From a virus (taxonomy: Duplodnaviria; Heunggongvirae; Uroviricota; Caudoviricetes), in IMG/VR virus record IMGVR_UViG_2534681997_000007, positions 1 through 23,530 of that record: a DNA stretch of 23,530 bases; one strand, given 5' to 3'. Positions within the stretch are counted from its first letter, which is position 1; every line of letters starts with the position of its first letter. Of the stretch, positions 7,886-15,500 are shown piece by piece. Position numbers and translations under genes: made by a program. The notes beneath the pieces were generated by a model. That model was not told where the DNA came from. It worked only from the letters and a program-made list of their open reading frames with translations, and did no database searches.

Positions 7886-8482
7886 ATGTCGTCCGATAAT
7901 GAAACAATCAAAAATCTGATGAAAGAGGCTATACAGAGTCATGTTACTGATCTCTTCAAATCTCTTGATGTAGGCCCTAAACCAAAGCCGACAGAAAGAT
8001 CCTCTCCCGCCAATGATGACCCCGAAGCAAACCTTTCTGCTGAAGACAAAGCCAAAAAAGAAGAACAGGCTTTTGATTCGCCTACTGATGATGAGCACGA
8101 AGAGTTGCAAGGTCTTGCATACTGGAGTCTGGAGCACAGGCGTCGGATAGACTCTCTTACAATTCAAAAAACACAAGAAGAAATTGTACGTATCTCTTGT
8201 GAAAACGACGACCTTAGGGCTAAAACAAAGAACAACCATGCAGTTGCCCGTGGCCGTCAAATAGACAACAGACTGCGTTTACAATTAGCTGCTGCAACCT
8301 TTAAGTTCATGCAGTATTGGTGTGGTTTTGTCGCTTTCATTGTTGCTTGGTATGTATTCGCCCACTATGGCAAACCTGAAAAAGAAGTCATCATTGCACT
8401 ACTCGGAACCAGCACAATAAGTATTATTGGTTTAGTTGGTTTTGTAGTTAGCGGTTTATTTAAATCAAAAAAAGATGAATAG
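7886..8482 (+). CDS. Small membrane protein with acidic N-terminal region and two C-terminal transmembrane helices; candidate toxin/abortive-infection effector
   Basis: 198 aa; hydrophobic segments FKFMQYWCGFVAFIVAWYVFAHY and VIIALLGTSTISIIGLVGFVVSGLF; N-terminal ~130 aa rich in D/E/K; AT-rich. Confidence 0.65.
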   Translation: MSSDNETIKNLMKEAIQSHVTDLFKSLDVGPKPKPTERSSPANDDPEANLSAEDKAKKEEQAFDSPTDDEHEELQGLAYWSLEHRRRIDSLTIQKTQEEIVRISCENDDLRAKTKNNHAVARGRQIDNRLRLQLAAATFKFMQYWCGFVAFIVAWYVFAHYGKPEKEVIIALLGTSTISIIGLVGFVVSGLFKSKKDE

Positions 8483-8532
8483 CACAGCATACCTAAAACA
8501 GGCTAACCCCACTGAAGAAAAACTATTTTTTT

Positions 8533-8574
8533 GTGCCAGCAGAGTTGAACAACTCGCACCACGGGGCGTTAGTT
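8533..8574 (+). repeat. Left copy of an imperfect ~42-bp direct repeat (core GTTGAACAAC...GGCGTTAGT)
   Basis: 31 of 42 positions identical to 8938-8979, including exact 10-mer and 9-mer blocks in the same register. Confidence 0.35.
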
Positions 8575-8696
8575 CTGCCTTTCAAAGTTTCTCGATGTGT
8601 TATTGATTACACACCCGTGATGAATGGGACGTTACCTTGGCGGGTTTTATAGTGGCGCTTTGGCAGCACTAAATAAAATTCATTGAAGGCGATAAT

Positions 8697-8906
8697 ATGC
8701 ATCGACTACCGGGCGAGATTCCGCAGCACAAAACTAAAAGCATACAACTTATGGCTATCGTTCATCGTCTGCAGACGATAATGGTCAATGAGAACCTGAC
8801 TCCAGCAGAGCTAGTCGGGTGTGCAGAAATAGTCAGGGATAATTACGGCAAGCTGGATAATATCAGCAGACCGACACAATACTCACCTCCACCACGTCGG
8901 CGATAG
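8697..8906 (+). CDS. Small hypothetical ORF between the repeat copies
   Basis: 69 aa; ATG with weak SD GAAGG; no recognisable domain. Confidence 0.3.
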   Translation: MHRLPGEIPQHKTKSIQLMAIVHRLQTIMVNENLTPAELVGCAEIVRDNYGKLDNISRPTQYSPPPRRR

Positions 8907-8917
8907 CAAACGCCGTC

Positions 8918-8942
8918 AGCGCTGAAACTCGCTTTCAGTGCT
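8918..8942. other. Stem-loop AGCGCTGAAA-CTCGC-TTTCAGTGCT between convergent genes
   Basis: 10-bp stem with one G-U pair; no U-tract on either side, so not a canonical terminator. Confidence 0.35.
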
Positions 8943-8979
8943 GGCGGGGTTGAACAACGAGCTACGCGAGGCGTTAGTC
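8938..8979 (+). repeat. Right copy of the imperfect ~42-bp direct repeat; overlaps the stop codon of the HNH gene
   Basis: See left copy at 8533-8574. Confidence 0.35.
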
Positions 8980-9852
8980 GAATTTTACAGGCGACAATGG
9001 TTGTTTTAATTCTTTATCGTGGAAATGTTTGTAGCGTGGATCCTTACGAGCCTCATCGGAAAATACCGATCGATTATCTTCTATCCTAAGATGGCCCGAG
9101 TCTAATAAACGATGTAGGTCTGAAGCAAGTGCAATACCGTTTTCAACACTTGGCGCTCCGCCTGCCGCGTGGCTTAAAATGTGACACGCATCAATCGCAA
9201 AGCGAGAGCCCGTAATTGCGCAACATCCCCTCCAATTGGCTAATACGTCCTTTCTGAACCGGCCTTGAGCTTTTCGTATTTTTGTCAGCGAATAACCATC
9301 TTCAACATATGAACGCTGCTCGAATGTAGGTGATGGTTCGGTTATCTGGGGTAATTGTTGCAAACCATTCTGGTTAACCTTAAATTCTTCCCAAAGATGC
9401 TTACTAACTATTTTACCTTGGCGAGCGCACCAGTTGGTAAAATCTCTCTTTTCGTATTCATCTAAAGACGCCAGCCATTCGCGTAATTCAGAAGTGGCTA
9501 AAACATTTTGATGTAATTGACGATTTTGTGGCAGTGGTGCCAACCTCTCTTTTTTCTCGCCTCGCCGGTAAGGGGGAAGTTTCAATGTGTCCTTCATTGA
9601 AATCGTGCCAGCTGCGTTGGTTCGGACGCTGAATTGACCAGCATACTCAACTTTTTTAGCAGTTGTGGGAGTTGTTGGCTTTCTGTTATTAGCCATCCAA
9701 CGCTGTACTTGGTGCAAGACTTCACTAGCTTCCAGCCCCTTACTTATCAATTCTTTGACATATTTTTTAACCTCTTGTTTATTTGGTTGGTATTCGAATA
9801 AATACGGTGAAAGCTTTAAAATTTCTTTCATTGAAGTTTTTGTTTCAGCCAT
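8974..9852 (-). CDS. HNH-endonuclease-domain protein with ~200-aa N-terminal domain of unknown function; candidate defence nuclease
   Basis: Start at the Met of MAETKT (9852) preceded by GGGGGGA; C-terminal motif CCAITGSRFAIDACHILSHAAGGAPSVENGIALASDLHRLLDSGHLRIED, HNH_2-like as recalled; AT-rich. Confidence 0.75.
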   Translation of the reverse strand: MAETKTSMKEILKLSPYLFEYQPNKQEVKKYVKELISKGLEASEVLHQVQRWMANNRKPTTPTTAKKVEYAGQFSVRTNAAGTISMKDTLKLPPYRRGEKKERLAPLPQNRQLHQNVLATSELREWLASLDEYEKRDFTNWCARQGKIVSKHLWEEFKVNQNGLQQLPQITEPSPTFEQRSYVEDGYSLTKIRKAQGRFRKDVLANWRGCCAITGSRFAIDACHILSHAAGGAPSVENGIALASDLHRLLDSGHLRIEDNRSVFSDEARKDPRYKHFHDKELKQPLSPVKFD

Positions 9853-10028
9853 AAATCCCCCCATTTTAATTTTCTAAAAATGCACTTAATGTCATTTTTC
9901 TCAGCGTGCATTCATGGTGCATGGTTTTGCATGCGAATAATGTCTCATTTTTATGGGTGCGCCACCAGTGCTGGCGCGGATCCAGAGTAATCATGCAACT
10001 GCATTAAAACCGCCCCATAAAGCGGGCA

Positions 10029-10047
10029 GGCGTGGCGGGGAAAGCAT
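10029..10047. other. cos site (19-nt cohesive-end sequence GGCGTGGCGGGGAAAGCAT)
   Basis: Matches the phage 186 cohesive end as I recall it (P2 differs at two positions); lies between the cargo island and portal gene Q as expected for a P2-like prophage. Confidence 0.6.
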
Positions 10048-10057
10048 TGCGCGCCAG

Positions 10058-10158
10058 CGGTGGTGCGTATTATTAAAAATTATCGTCTGAGAACGTCGTG
10101 ACGGCGCTGTAGTGGCCGGGTGTGATCGTGGGCGCGTGGTGCGTCTGTGGCGTGGTGC
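10058..10158. repeat. Three copies of (C/G)GTGGTGC(G) within 100 bp on the Q-proximal side of cos; candidate terminase recognition repeats
   Basis: CGGTGGTGCGT at 10058-10068, CGTGGTGCG at 10135-10143, CGTGGTGC at 10151-10158. Confidence 0.35.
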
Positions 10159-10251
10159 TAAAGGATGGGATCAGTTGCACAATTTTACGGTTTCGCTTTG
10201 GCTAATATCCATATTGAGACTTTATGTTCCCCACAACAGTTGGAGGCTTTA

Positions 10252-10476
10252 ATGGATAACTATCATATTACAAAAGATGGCGATAAGTGGAAGTTGCAAA
10301 AAGAGGGCAATGATCGCCCTAGCAAGACCGCGACCACAAAGGCCGAGCTGATTAAAACAACATCTGAGTTTATGTCGAACAAAACAGGCTCGGTCAAAAT
10401 TCACAAGGAAGATGGGAAAATTCAGGAAGAACGCACTTATCAGAGAAAAGATGATCCTAAAAAGTCTAAAGGCTAA
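10252..10476 (+). CDS. Small basic protein, DUF2188-like, between cos and the portal gene
   Basis: Start at ATG 10252 (MDNYHITKDGDKWKLQKEGNDRPSK...) with SD GGAGG 5 nt upstream; ORF-track start 10165 lacks an SD. Confidence 0.55.
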   Translation: MDNYHITKDGDKWKLQKEGNDRPSKTATTKAELIKTTSEFMSNKTGSVKIHKEDGKIQEERTYQRKDDPKKSKG

Positions 10477-10484
10477 CATAGCAA

Positions 10485-10505
10485 AAGCCGCCAAAATGGC
10501 GGCTT
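10485..10505 (-). terminator. Hairpin AAGCCGCC-AAAAT-GGCGGCTT between convergent genes; best fits termination of the Q/P operon
   Basis: 8-bp stem; on the minus strand it is followed by TTTGCTATGTT; sits 10 bp beyond the Q stop. Confidence 0.5.
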
Positions 10506-10514
10506 AAAAGGTGA

Positions 10515-11561
10515 TTATTCCGGGTTGTCGAGTGTGTACTCTTTGAACCTGATGACCTCCATACCGAGCCAGTCGTTTACCTCCCTGAACCTATCCTGCA
10601 GGGGTGACAGCTCATTACGCACAAATACCTTTGCCACCTTCTCAACGTCACCGAGTGAACCGATATTCTCGGGCTTGCCGCCCATGAGCTGGAACGGCAC
10701 GCGGTGCGCGTCCATCAGGTCGGCGGCGCTGGCTTTCTTAATGTTGAAAAAGTCATCCTTTGTGGCGACCTCGCTCAGTGGCACGATTTTGATGCCGTCC
10801 GGTTTTCCGCCGGGGGCGTAGAAAAACAGGTTCTTAAAGTTGCCGAGTCCCTTCGAGTTACGCATCGCCTCGCGCAGCGATTCGACGTCGGTCGCACTTT
10901 GCGCCGGGTCAGTCACATACATGATGTAGCCTGCGTGCGCGCCGTTCTGATAATACTTGCGGCGGAACAGCGTCGCGGATTCATTCAGCCAAGCGGAATT
11001 AAGCGCGCTGAGATATTCCGGCAGACCGTAAATCTCCTGATTAATGTCGGGCTCCAGCAGGTGAAACACGGTATCAGGCGCGAACTCGTGCGGCTGGGTG
11101 AAGTTTTCCACAAACCAGAAAATCGAATCGTCGACTCCGCGTCGGGTGTATTTGGCTGGCGAGGCCAGCAGTTTGATTAACTGGCCGGTGACGCTGTGGC
11201 GCTGCTCAAGAAAGGCGTTACCGAATACCAGATAATCGAGCGCAAAGCGGCTGAAATCCTGACGGGATAACAACGGGTGCGGAATGTAGGTGCTCGCGAG
11301 CACGTTACGCTTAACATAAATTGGCGAGCTGTGATGCACGGCAGAGCGCAGGCTCTTTGCCAGCCCTGAGAAGCTGACCGGCGGCTCGTACCATTTGCCG
11401 TTACTGATGCACTCGACGTAATCCAGAATGTCGCGCTTATCGAGTACCGGCACCGGCTCGCCGAAGGTGAACGCTGTCGTTTTTGGCGGTGCGCTGGCGG
11501 TCAGTTGTTGTGGTTTGCTGGCCTTTTGTGCGTTGGCTTTACGGGATTTTTGTTTACCCAT
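10515..11561 (-). CDS. Q: Portal protein gpQ
   Basis: 348 aa, P2 Q-sized, basic N-terminus MGKQKSRKANAQK; position next to cos and downstream of terminase P. Confidence 0.9.
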   Translation of the reverse strand: MGKQKSRKANAQKASKPQQLTASAPPKTTAFTFGEPVPVLDKRDILDYVECISNGKWYEPPVSFSGLAKSLRSAVHHSSPIYVKRNVLASTYIPHPLLSRQDFSRFALDYLVFGNAFLEQRHSVTGQLIKLLASPAKYTRRGVDDSIFWFVENFTQPHEFAPDTVFHLLEPDINQEIYGLPEYLSALNSAWLNESATLFRRKYYQNGAHAGYIMYVTDPAQSATDVESLREAMRNSKGLGNFKNLFFYAPGGKPDGIKIVPLSEVATKDDFFNIKKASAADLMDAHRVPFQLMGGKPENIGSLGDVEKVAKVFVRNELSPLQDRFREVNDWLGMEVIRFKEYTLDNPE

Positions 11562-11562
11562 T

Positions 11563-13332
11563 TTAGTTGAACTCCAGAATAGATTTAGGCTGCATGCCGC
11601 TACCGGCAGAAAGCGGTTCGTTTAACAGGGCGTGCATGGTCGCCCATGCGATATCGGCGTGGCTGGCTTCCTCGGTGCGGCTGGCCTCATAGGTAGCGCT
11701 GCGCCCGCTGCTGGTCATGGTTTTGCGGATGGACATAAACGACTGCGTGACGTCGGTTGCTCCGGCGTCGTACTCCAGACAGCCACGGCGAATGGTGTCT
11801 TTCGCCTTGAGTACCATTGCGGTTTTCATTTCAGGTGTGTAACGGATGCCGCGTGCCGCCGGGTAAAATGAGCGCACCAGCTGGAACACGCCGAGACCGA
11901 GGCCGGTTGCGTCAATGCCGATGTATTCGACGTTGTATTTCTCGGTCAGCTTGCGGATGCCCTCTGCCTGTGCTGCAAAATCCATACCCTTCCACTGGTG
12001 GCGCTCCAGCATGCGGAACTTGCCACCAGAGACCACCGGCGGCGCGAGCACGACGCACCCGGCACTGTCGCCGGTGTGTGACGGGTCGTAGCCTATCCAG
12101 ACAGGACGAGAGCCGAACGGATGGTCGGCGAACGGGGCAAAGTCCTCCCATTCCTCCATCACATCGACCATGCAGCGCTGCAGCTCCTCGAACGGGAATA
12201 CCGACGCTTTATCGTCGACAAACTCGCACATAAACAGGTTCTTAAAGTCCTCATCACTGTTTTCGCGTTTGAGCTGGTCGAGGTCGAACAGGGTGCAGCC
12301 ACCCGCAAGGGCGTCCTCAATGGTGACAATCTGCCGCCACTGGCCATCGTCGCAGAGCTGGCCACCGGCGAGCGCGCTGTGACTGATGTCGATTTCGATG
12401 CGGTCGGCAATCCGGCTGCGCCCCTTGTTGAACAGCTCGCCAGACCAGAAGGGGTAAGCGCCGTGCGCCAGCGTGGAAGGTGTCGAAAAATAGGTCGAGC
12501 GCAGGTGCTTTTGCGAGGCCATGCCCGAGGCGACTTTGCGCAGTTTCTGAAAATTCGGGATCCAGAATATTTCATCGACATACAGATCGCCGTTATGGCT
12601 CTGCGCGGTGTTGGAATTGGTACCGAGAAAAATCAGTTTTGCGCCGTTGTTACCGATGACAATCGGGTCGCCAGTCAGGTCAACGTCGACCAGTCGCGCA
12701 AACTGGATGATGTATTCGCGGAACACGTAAGCCTGCGTTTTACTGGCTGATAAAAATATCTGGTTATGGCCGGTTTTGAGTGCGCGCAGCAGTGCCTCGC
12801 GGGAGAAATAGAATGTCGCGCCAATCTGGCGGGATTTGAGAATGTCACGAATACGGTGCTCCAGTCCTGCGCGGTACCACTGCAACTGGTACTCGAAAGA
12901 CTGGTCGAAAAATAATTCCTCTAGTTTATCGATAGCCTCGTCGCTGAAAAAATTCTTTTTCGGCTTTTTGCGCTCCCCTTTGTTGCGGTTGGCGACGTTG
13001 GGGTTAAGGTCGGCTTCGTTGCCGGTCTGGCTGTAGCGGTTGACTCGCGCCAACCGTTCAATCTGCCGTCCGAGCAGGTCAATCTCTTTGAAATCACCCC
13101 CTGTCTTTTGCGGCTTGGCGATGAGCTGAATCAGCCTAGCCTCAAGGCTGCTTTCAACGCGGGAAATCGGCGCGATGCCGTCCCAGCCGTCGCGCTGCTT
13201 CCAGCTCTGCACGGTCGGGCGCTTGACCTGCAGCATTTCGGCAATCTGTGGCACGGAAAAACCCTGCCAGTAAAGCAGCGATGCCTGCCGTCGCGGGTCA
13301 TGCAACAAGGTTGTATCGGTGGAAATGGTCAT
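11563..13332 (-). CDS. P: Terminase large (ATPase) subunit gpP
   Basis: 589 aa, P2 P-sized; divergent from scaffold gene O. Confidence 0.9.
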   Translation of the reverse strand: MTISTDTTLLHDPRRQASLLYWQGFSVPQIAEMLQVKRPTVQSWKQRDGWDGIAPISRVESSLEARLIQLIAKPQKTGGDFKEIDLLGRQIERLARVNRYSQTGNEADLNPNVANRNKGERKKPKKNFFSDEAIDKLEELFFDQSFEYQLQWYRAGLEHRIRDILKSRQIGATFYFSREALLRALKTGHNQIFLSASKTQAYVFREYIIQFARLVDVDLTGDPIVIGNNGAKLIFLGTNSNTAQSHNGDLYVDEIFWIPNFQKLRKVASGMASQKHLRSTYFSTPSTLAHGAYPFWSGELFNKGRSRIADRIEIDISHSALAGGQLCDDGQWRQIVTIEDALAGGCTLFDLDQLKRENSDEDFKNLFMCEFVDDKASVFPFEELQRCMVDVMEEWEDFAPFADHPFGSRPVWIGYDPSHTGDSAGCVVLAPPVVSGGKFRMLERHQWKGMDFAAQAEGIRKLTEKYNVEYIGIDATGLGLGVFQLVRSFYPAARGIRYTPEMKTAMVLKAKDTIRRGCLEYDAGATDVTQSFMSIRKTMTSSGRSATYEASRTEEASHADIAWATMHALLNEPLSAGSGMQPKSILEFN

Positions 13333-13497
13333 TGATGCCTCGCCGTAGTGGATTCAGGGCAAGGCTACTTAATGGCCGTCAGTGATTCGCTAAGGTGCTG
13401 TTGTGTGGGCGGTTGTCCAGTCGTCATTGGTGGTCTGGCGTGTCCTGAGTCTGGAAACTGGCGGTGACCAGTAACCTCAACCTCAGGACTCCTGACA

Positions 13498-14352
13498 ATG
13501 GCAAAAAAAGTCTCAAAATTCTTTCGCATCGGTGTCGAGGGTGACACCTGCGACGGCCGCATTATCAGCGGCAACGATATTCAGGAAATGGCCGAATCGT
13601 TTGACCCTCGCGTCTACGGTTGCCGCATTAACCTTGAGCATATTCGCGGTCTCTTTCCTGATGGCGACTTCAAACGCTTAGGCGATGTGGTTGAACTGAA
13701 AGCTGAAATAATTGACGACGATTCTGCGCTTAACGGCAAATGGGCGTTGTTCGCCAGAATCACCCCAACCGACGACCTGATTGCGATGAATAAAAAATTG
13801 CAGAAGGTCTACACCTCAATGGAAATTCAGCCGAATTTTGCCAATACCGGCAAATGCTACCTCGTCGGCCTTGCTGTCACCGATGACCCGGCGAGCCTCG
13901 GCACTGAATACCTCGAATTCTGCCGCAACGCGAAGCACAACCCTCTGCAGCGCTTTAAGGCCAACCCTGAAAACGTCTTTTCCGCTGCCACGCTGGCCGA
14001 ATTGGAATTTGAAGACGTTCCCGATACGGTGCTAAACAGCCTGGCAGATAAGGTGAAAGCCATTTTCAGCCGTAAGCAGGTCAGCGACGATGCGCGCCTG
14101 AATGATGTGCATGAAGCGGTGACCACCGTCAGCGAGCATGTGCAGACCAACCTCACTGCGCAGGATAAGCGTCTTTCCGCTATGGAAGCCGCGCTTACCA
14201 CCTTTAAACAGGAACTGACCGGCAAGATTGAAGAAACCAGCCAGGCATTTTCCGCCCTGAAAGCCACCCTCGACAAAACCGAAAGTTTCAGCCAGCCGCG
14301 ACGCACGAAAGCCAGCGGCGGCGGTGGCGATGAGCTGCTGACCGACTGCTGA
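13498..14352 (+). CDS. O: Capsid scaffolding protein gpO
   Basis: 284 aa, same length as P2 O; immediately upstream of the major capsid gene. Confidence 0.9.
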   Translation: MAKKVSKFFRIGVEGDTCDGRIISGNDIQEMAESFDPRVYGCRINLEHIRGLFPDGDFKRLGDVVELKAEIIDDDSALNGKWALFARITPTDDLIAMNKKLQKVYTSMEIQPNFANTGKCYLVGLAVTDDPASLGTEYLEFCRNAKHNPLQRFKANPENVFSAATLAELEFEDVPDTVLNSLADKVKAIFSRKQVSDDARLNDVHEAVTTVSEHVQTNLTAQDKRLSAMEAALTTFKQELTGKIEETSQAFSALKATLDKTESFSQPRRTKASGGGGDELLTDC

Positions 14353-14371
14353 TAAACCGCAGACCAGAAAC

Positions 14372-14390
14372 CGGGCGGTAACTCCGCCCG
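14372..14390 (+). other. Stem-loop CGGGCGG-TAACT-CCGCCCG between scaffold and capsid genes
   Basis: Perfect 7-bp GC stem, no U-tract; possible attenuator or processing site. Confidence 0.3.
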
Positions 14391-14428
14391 ATGCAGTGAC
14401 TAACCGATAAATTCAAACAGGAAATACT

Positions 14429-15496
14429 ATGCGCCCGGAAACCCGTTTTAAGTTCAATGCCTATCTGACCCGCGTCGCTGAGCTGAACGGCATCAGCACT
14501 GATGACGTCAGTAAAAAATTCACCGTCGAGCCGTCCGTCACGCAAACGCTGATGAACAAAGTGCAGGAGTCATCCGCGTTTCTGCAGACGATTAACATTC
14601 TGCCGGTCGCAGAAATGAAGGGTGAGAAAATCGGCGTCGGTGTGACCGGTACTATCGCCAGCACGACCGACACCTCGGGCGATGATGAGCGTAAGACCGC
14701 AGACTTCACCGCGCTTGAGTCCAACAAGTACGAGTGCGACCAGATTAACTTTGACTTCCATCTGAAATATAAAACCCTCGACCTGTGGGCGCGTTTTCAG
14801 GACTTTCAGCGCCGCATCCGTGACGCCATTGTTAAGCGTCAGGCGCTCGATTTCATCATGGCCGGTTTTAACGGTACCACCCGCGCCGCCACCTCTGACC
14901 GCACCAAAAATCCGATGCTGCAGGATGTAGCCGTCGGCTGGCTGCAGAAATACCGCAACGAAGCCCCGACGCGTGTGATGAGCAATATCACCGATGCTGA
15001 CGGTAAGGTCGTTTCGGCAGTGATTCGCGTCGGTAAAAACGGCGACTATGAGAACCTCGACGCGCTGGTGATGGATGCTACCAACAACCTGATTGACGAG
15101 GTTTATCAGGATGACCCGAAACTCGTTGCCATCGTTGGCCGTAAGCTGCTGGCCGACAAATATTTCCCGCTGGTGAACAAGCCGCAAGAAAACAGCGAAG
15201 CGCTCGCGGCAGATATCATCATCAGCCAGAAGCGAATCGGCAACCTGCCTGCTGTGCGTGTACCGTACTTCCCGGCGAATGCCGTGTTAGTGACAACGCT
15301 GGAAAACCTCTCTATCTATTTCATGGATGAGAGCCACCGCCGCAGCATTGATGAAAACCCGAAAAAAGACCGCGTGGAAAACTACGAGTCAATGAATATC
15401 GACTATGTGGTCGAGGCGTATGCCGCCGGGTGTCTGCTGGAAAACATCACCCTGGGCGATTTCACCGCACCTGCAGCACCGGAAAGCGGAGAGTAA
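14429..15496 (+). CDS. N: Major capsid protein gpN
   Basis: 355 aa, P2 N-sized, in the expected position. Confidence 0.9.
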   Translation: MRPETRFKFNAYLTRVAELNGISTDDVSKKFTVEPSVTQTLMNKVQESSAFLQTINILPVAEMKGEKIGVGVTGTIASTTDTSGDDERKTADFTALESNKYECDQINFDFHLKYKTLDLWARFQDFQRRIRDAIVKRQALDFIMAGFNGTTRAATSDRTKNPMLQDVAVGWLQKYRNEAPTRVMSNITDADGKVVSAVIRVGKNGDYENLDALVMDATNNLIDEVYQDDPKLVAIVGRKLLADKYFPLVNKPQENSEALAADIIISQKRIGNLPAVRVPYFPANAVLVTTLENLSIYFMDESHRRSIDENPKKDRVENYESMNIDYVVEAYAAGCLLENITLGDFTAPAAPESGE

Positions 15497-15500
15497 GCCC

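Noticed and set aside
7808-8260. 150-aa minus-strand ORF antisense to the membrane protein gene
   Set aside because: Cys/Phe-rich nonsense-like translation of an AT-rich antisense frame; no RBS.
9665-9877. 70-aa plus-strand ORF across the HNH gene start
   Set aside because: Antisense to the HNH 5' end and promoter region; no RBS.
6714-10028. Homologues of P2 Tin or Old, or a reverse transcriptase (retron), in the hotspot
   Set aside because: No ORF of suitable size with ATPase/TOPRIM or RT motifs; the island instead holds the Panacea/membrane pair and the HNH gene.
11817-12750. Plus-strand ORFs of 138 and 209 aa inside terminase gene P
   Set aside because: Arg/Pro-rich translations typical of antisense frames in GC-rich coding DNA; P is well supported.
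13333-13497. Ogr/B-type late promoter dyad (TGT-N12-ACA) in the P/O divergent intergenic region
   Set aside because: Late promoters are expected here, but I could not find a convincing match by eye; left unannotated rather than guessed.
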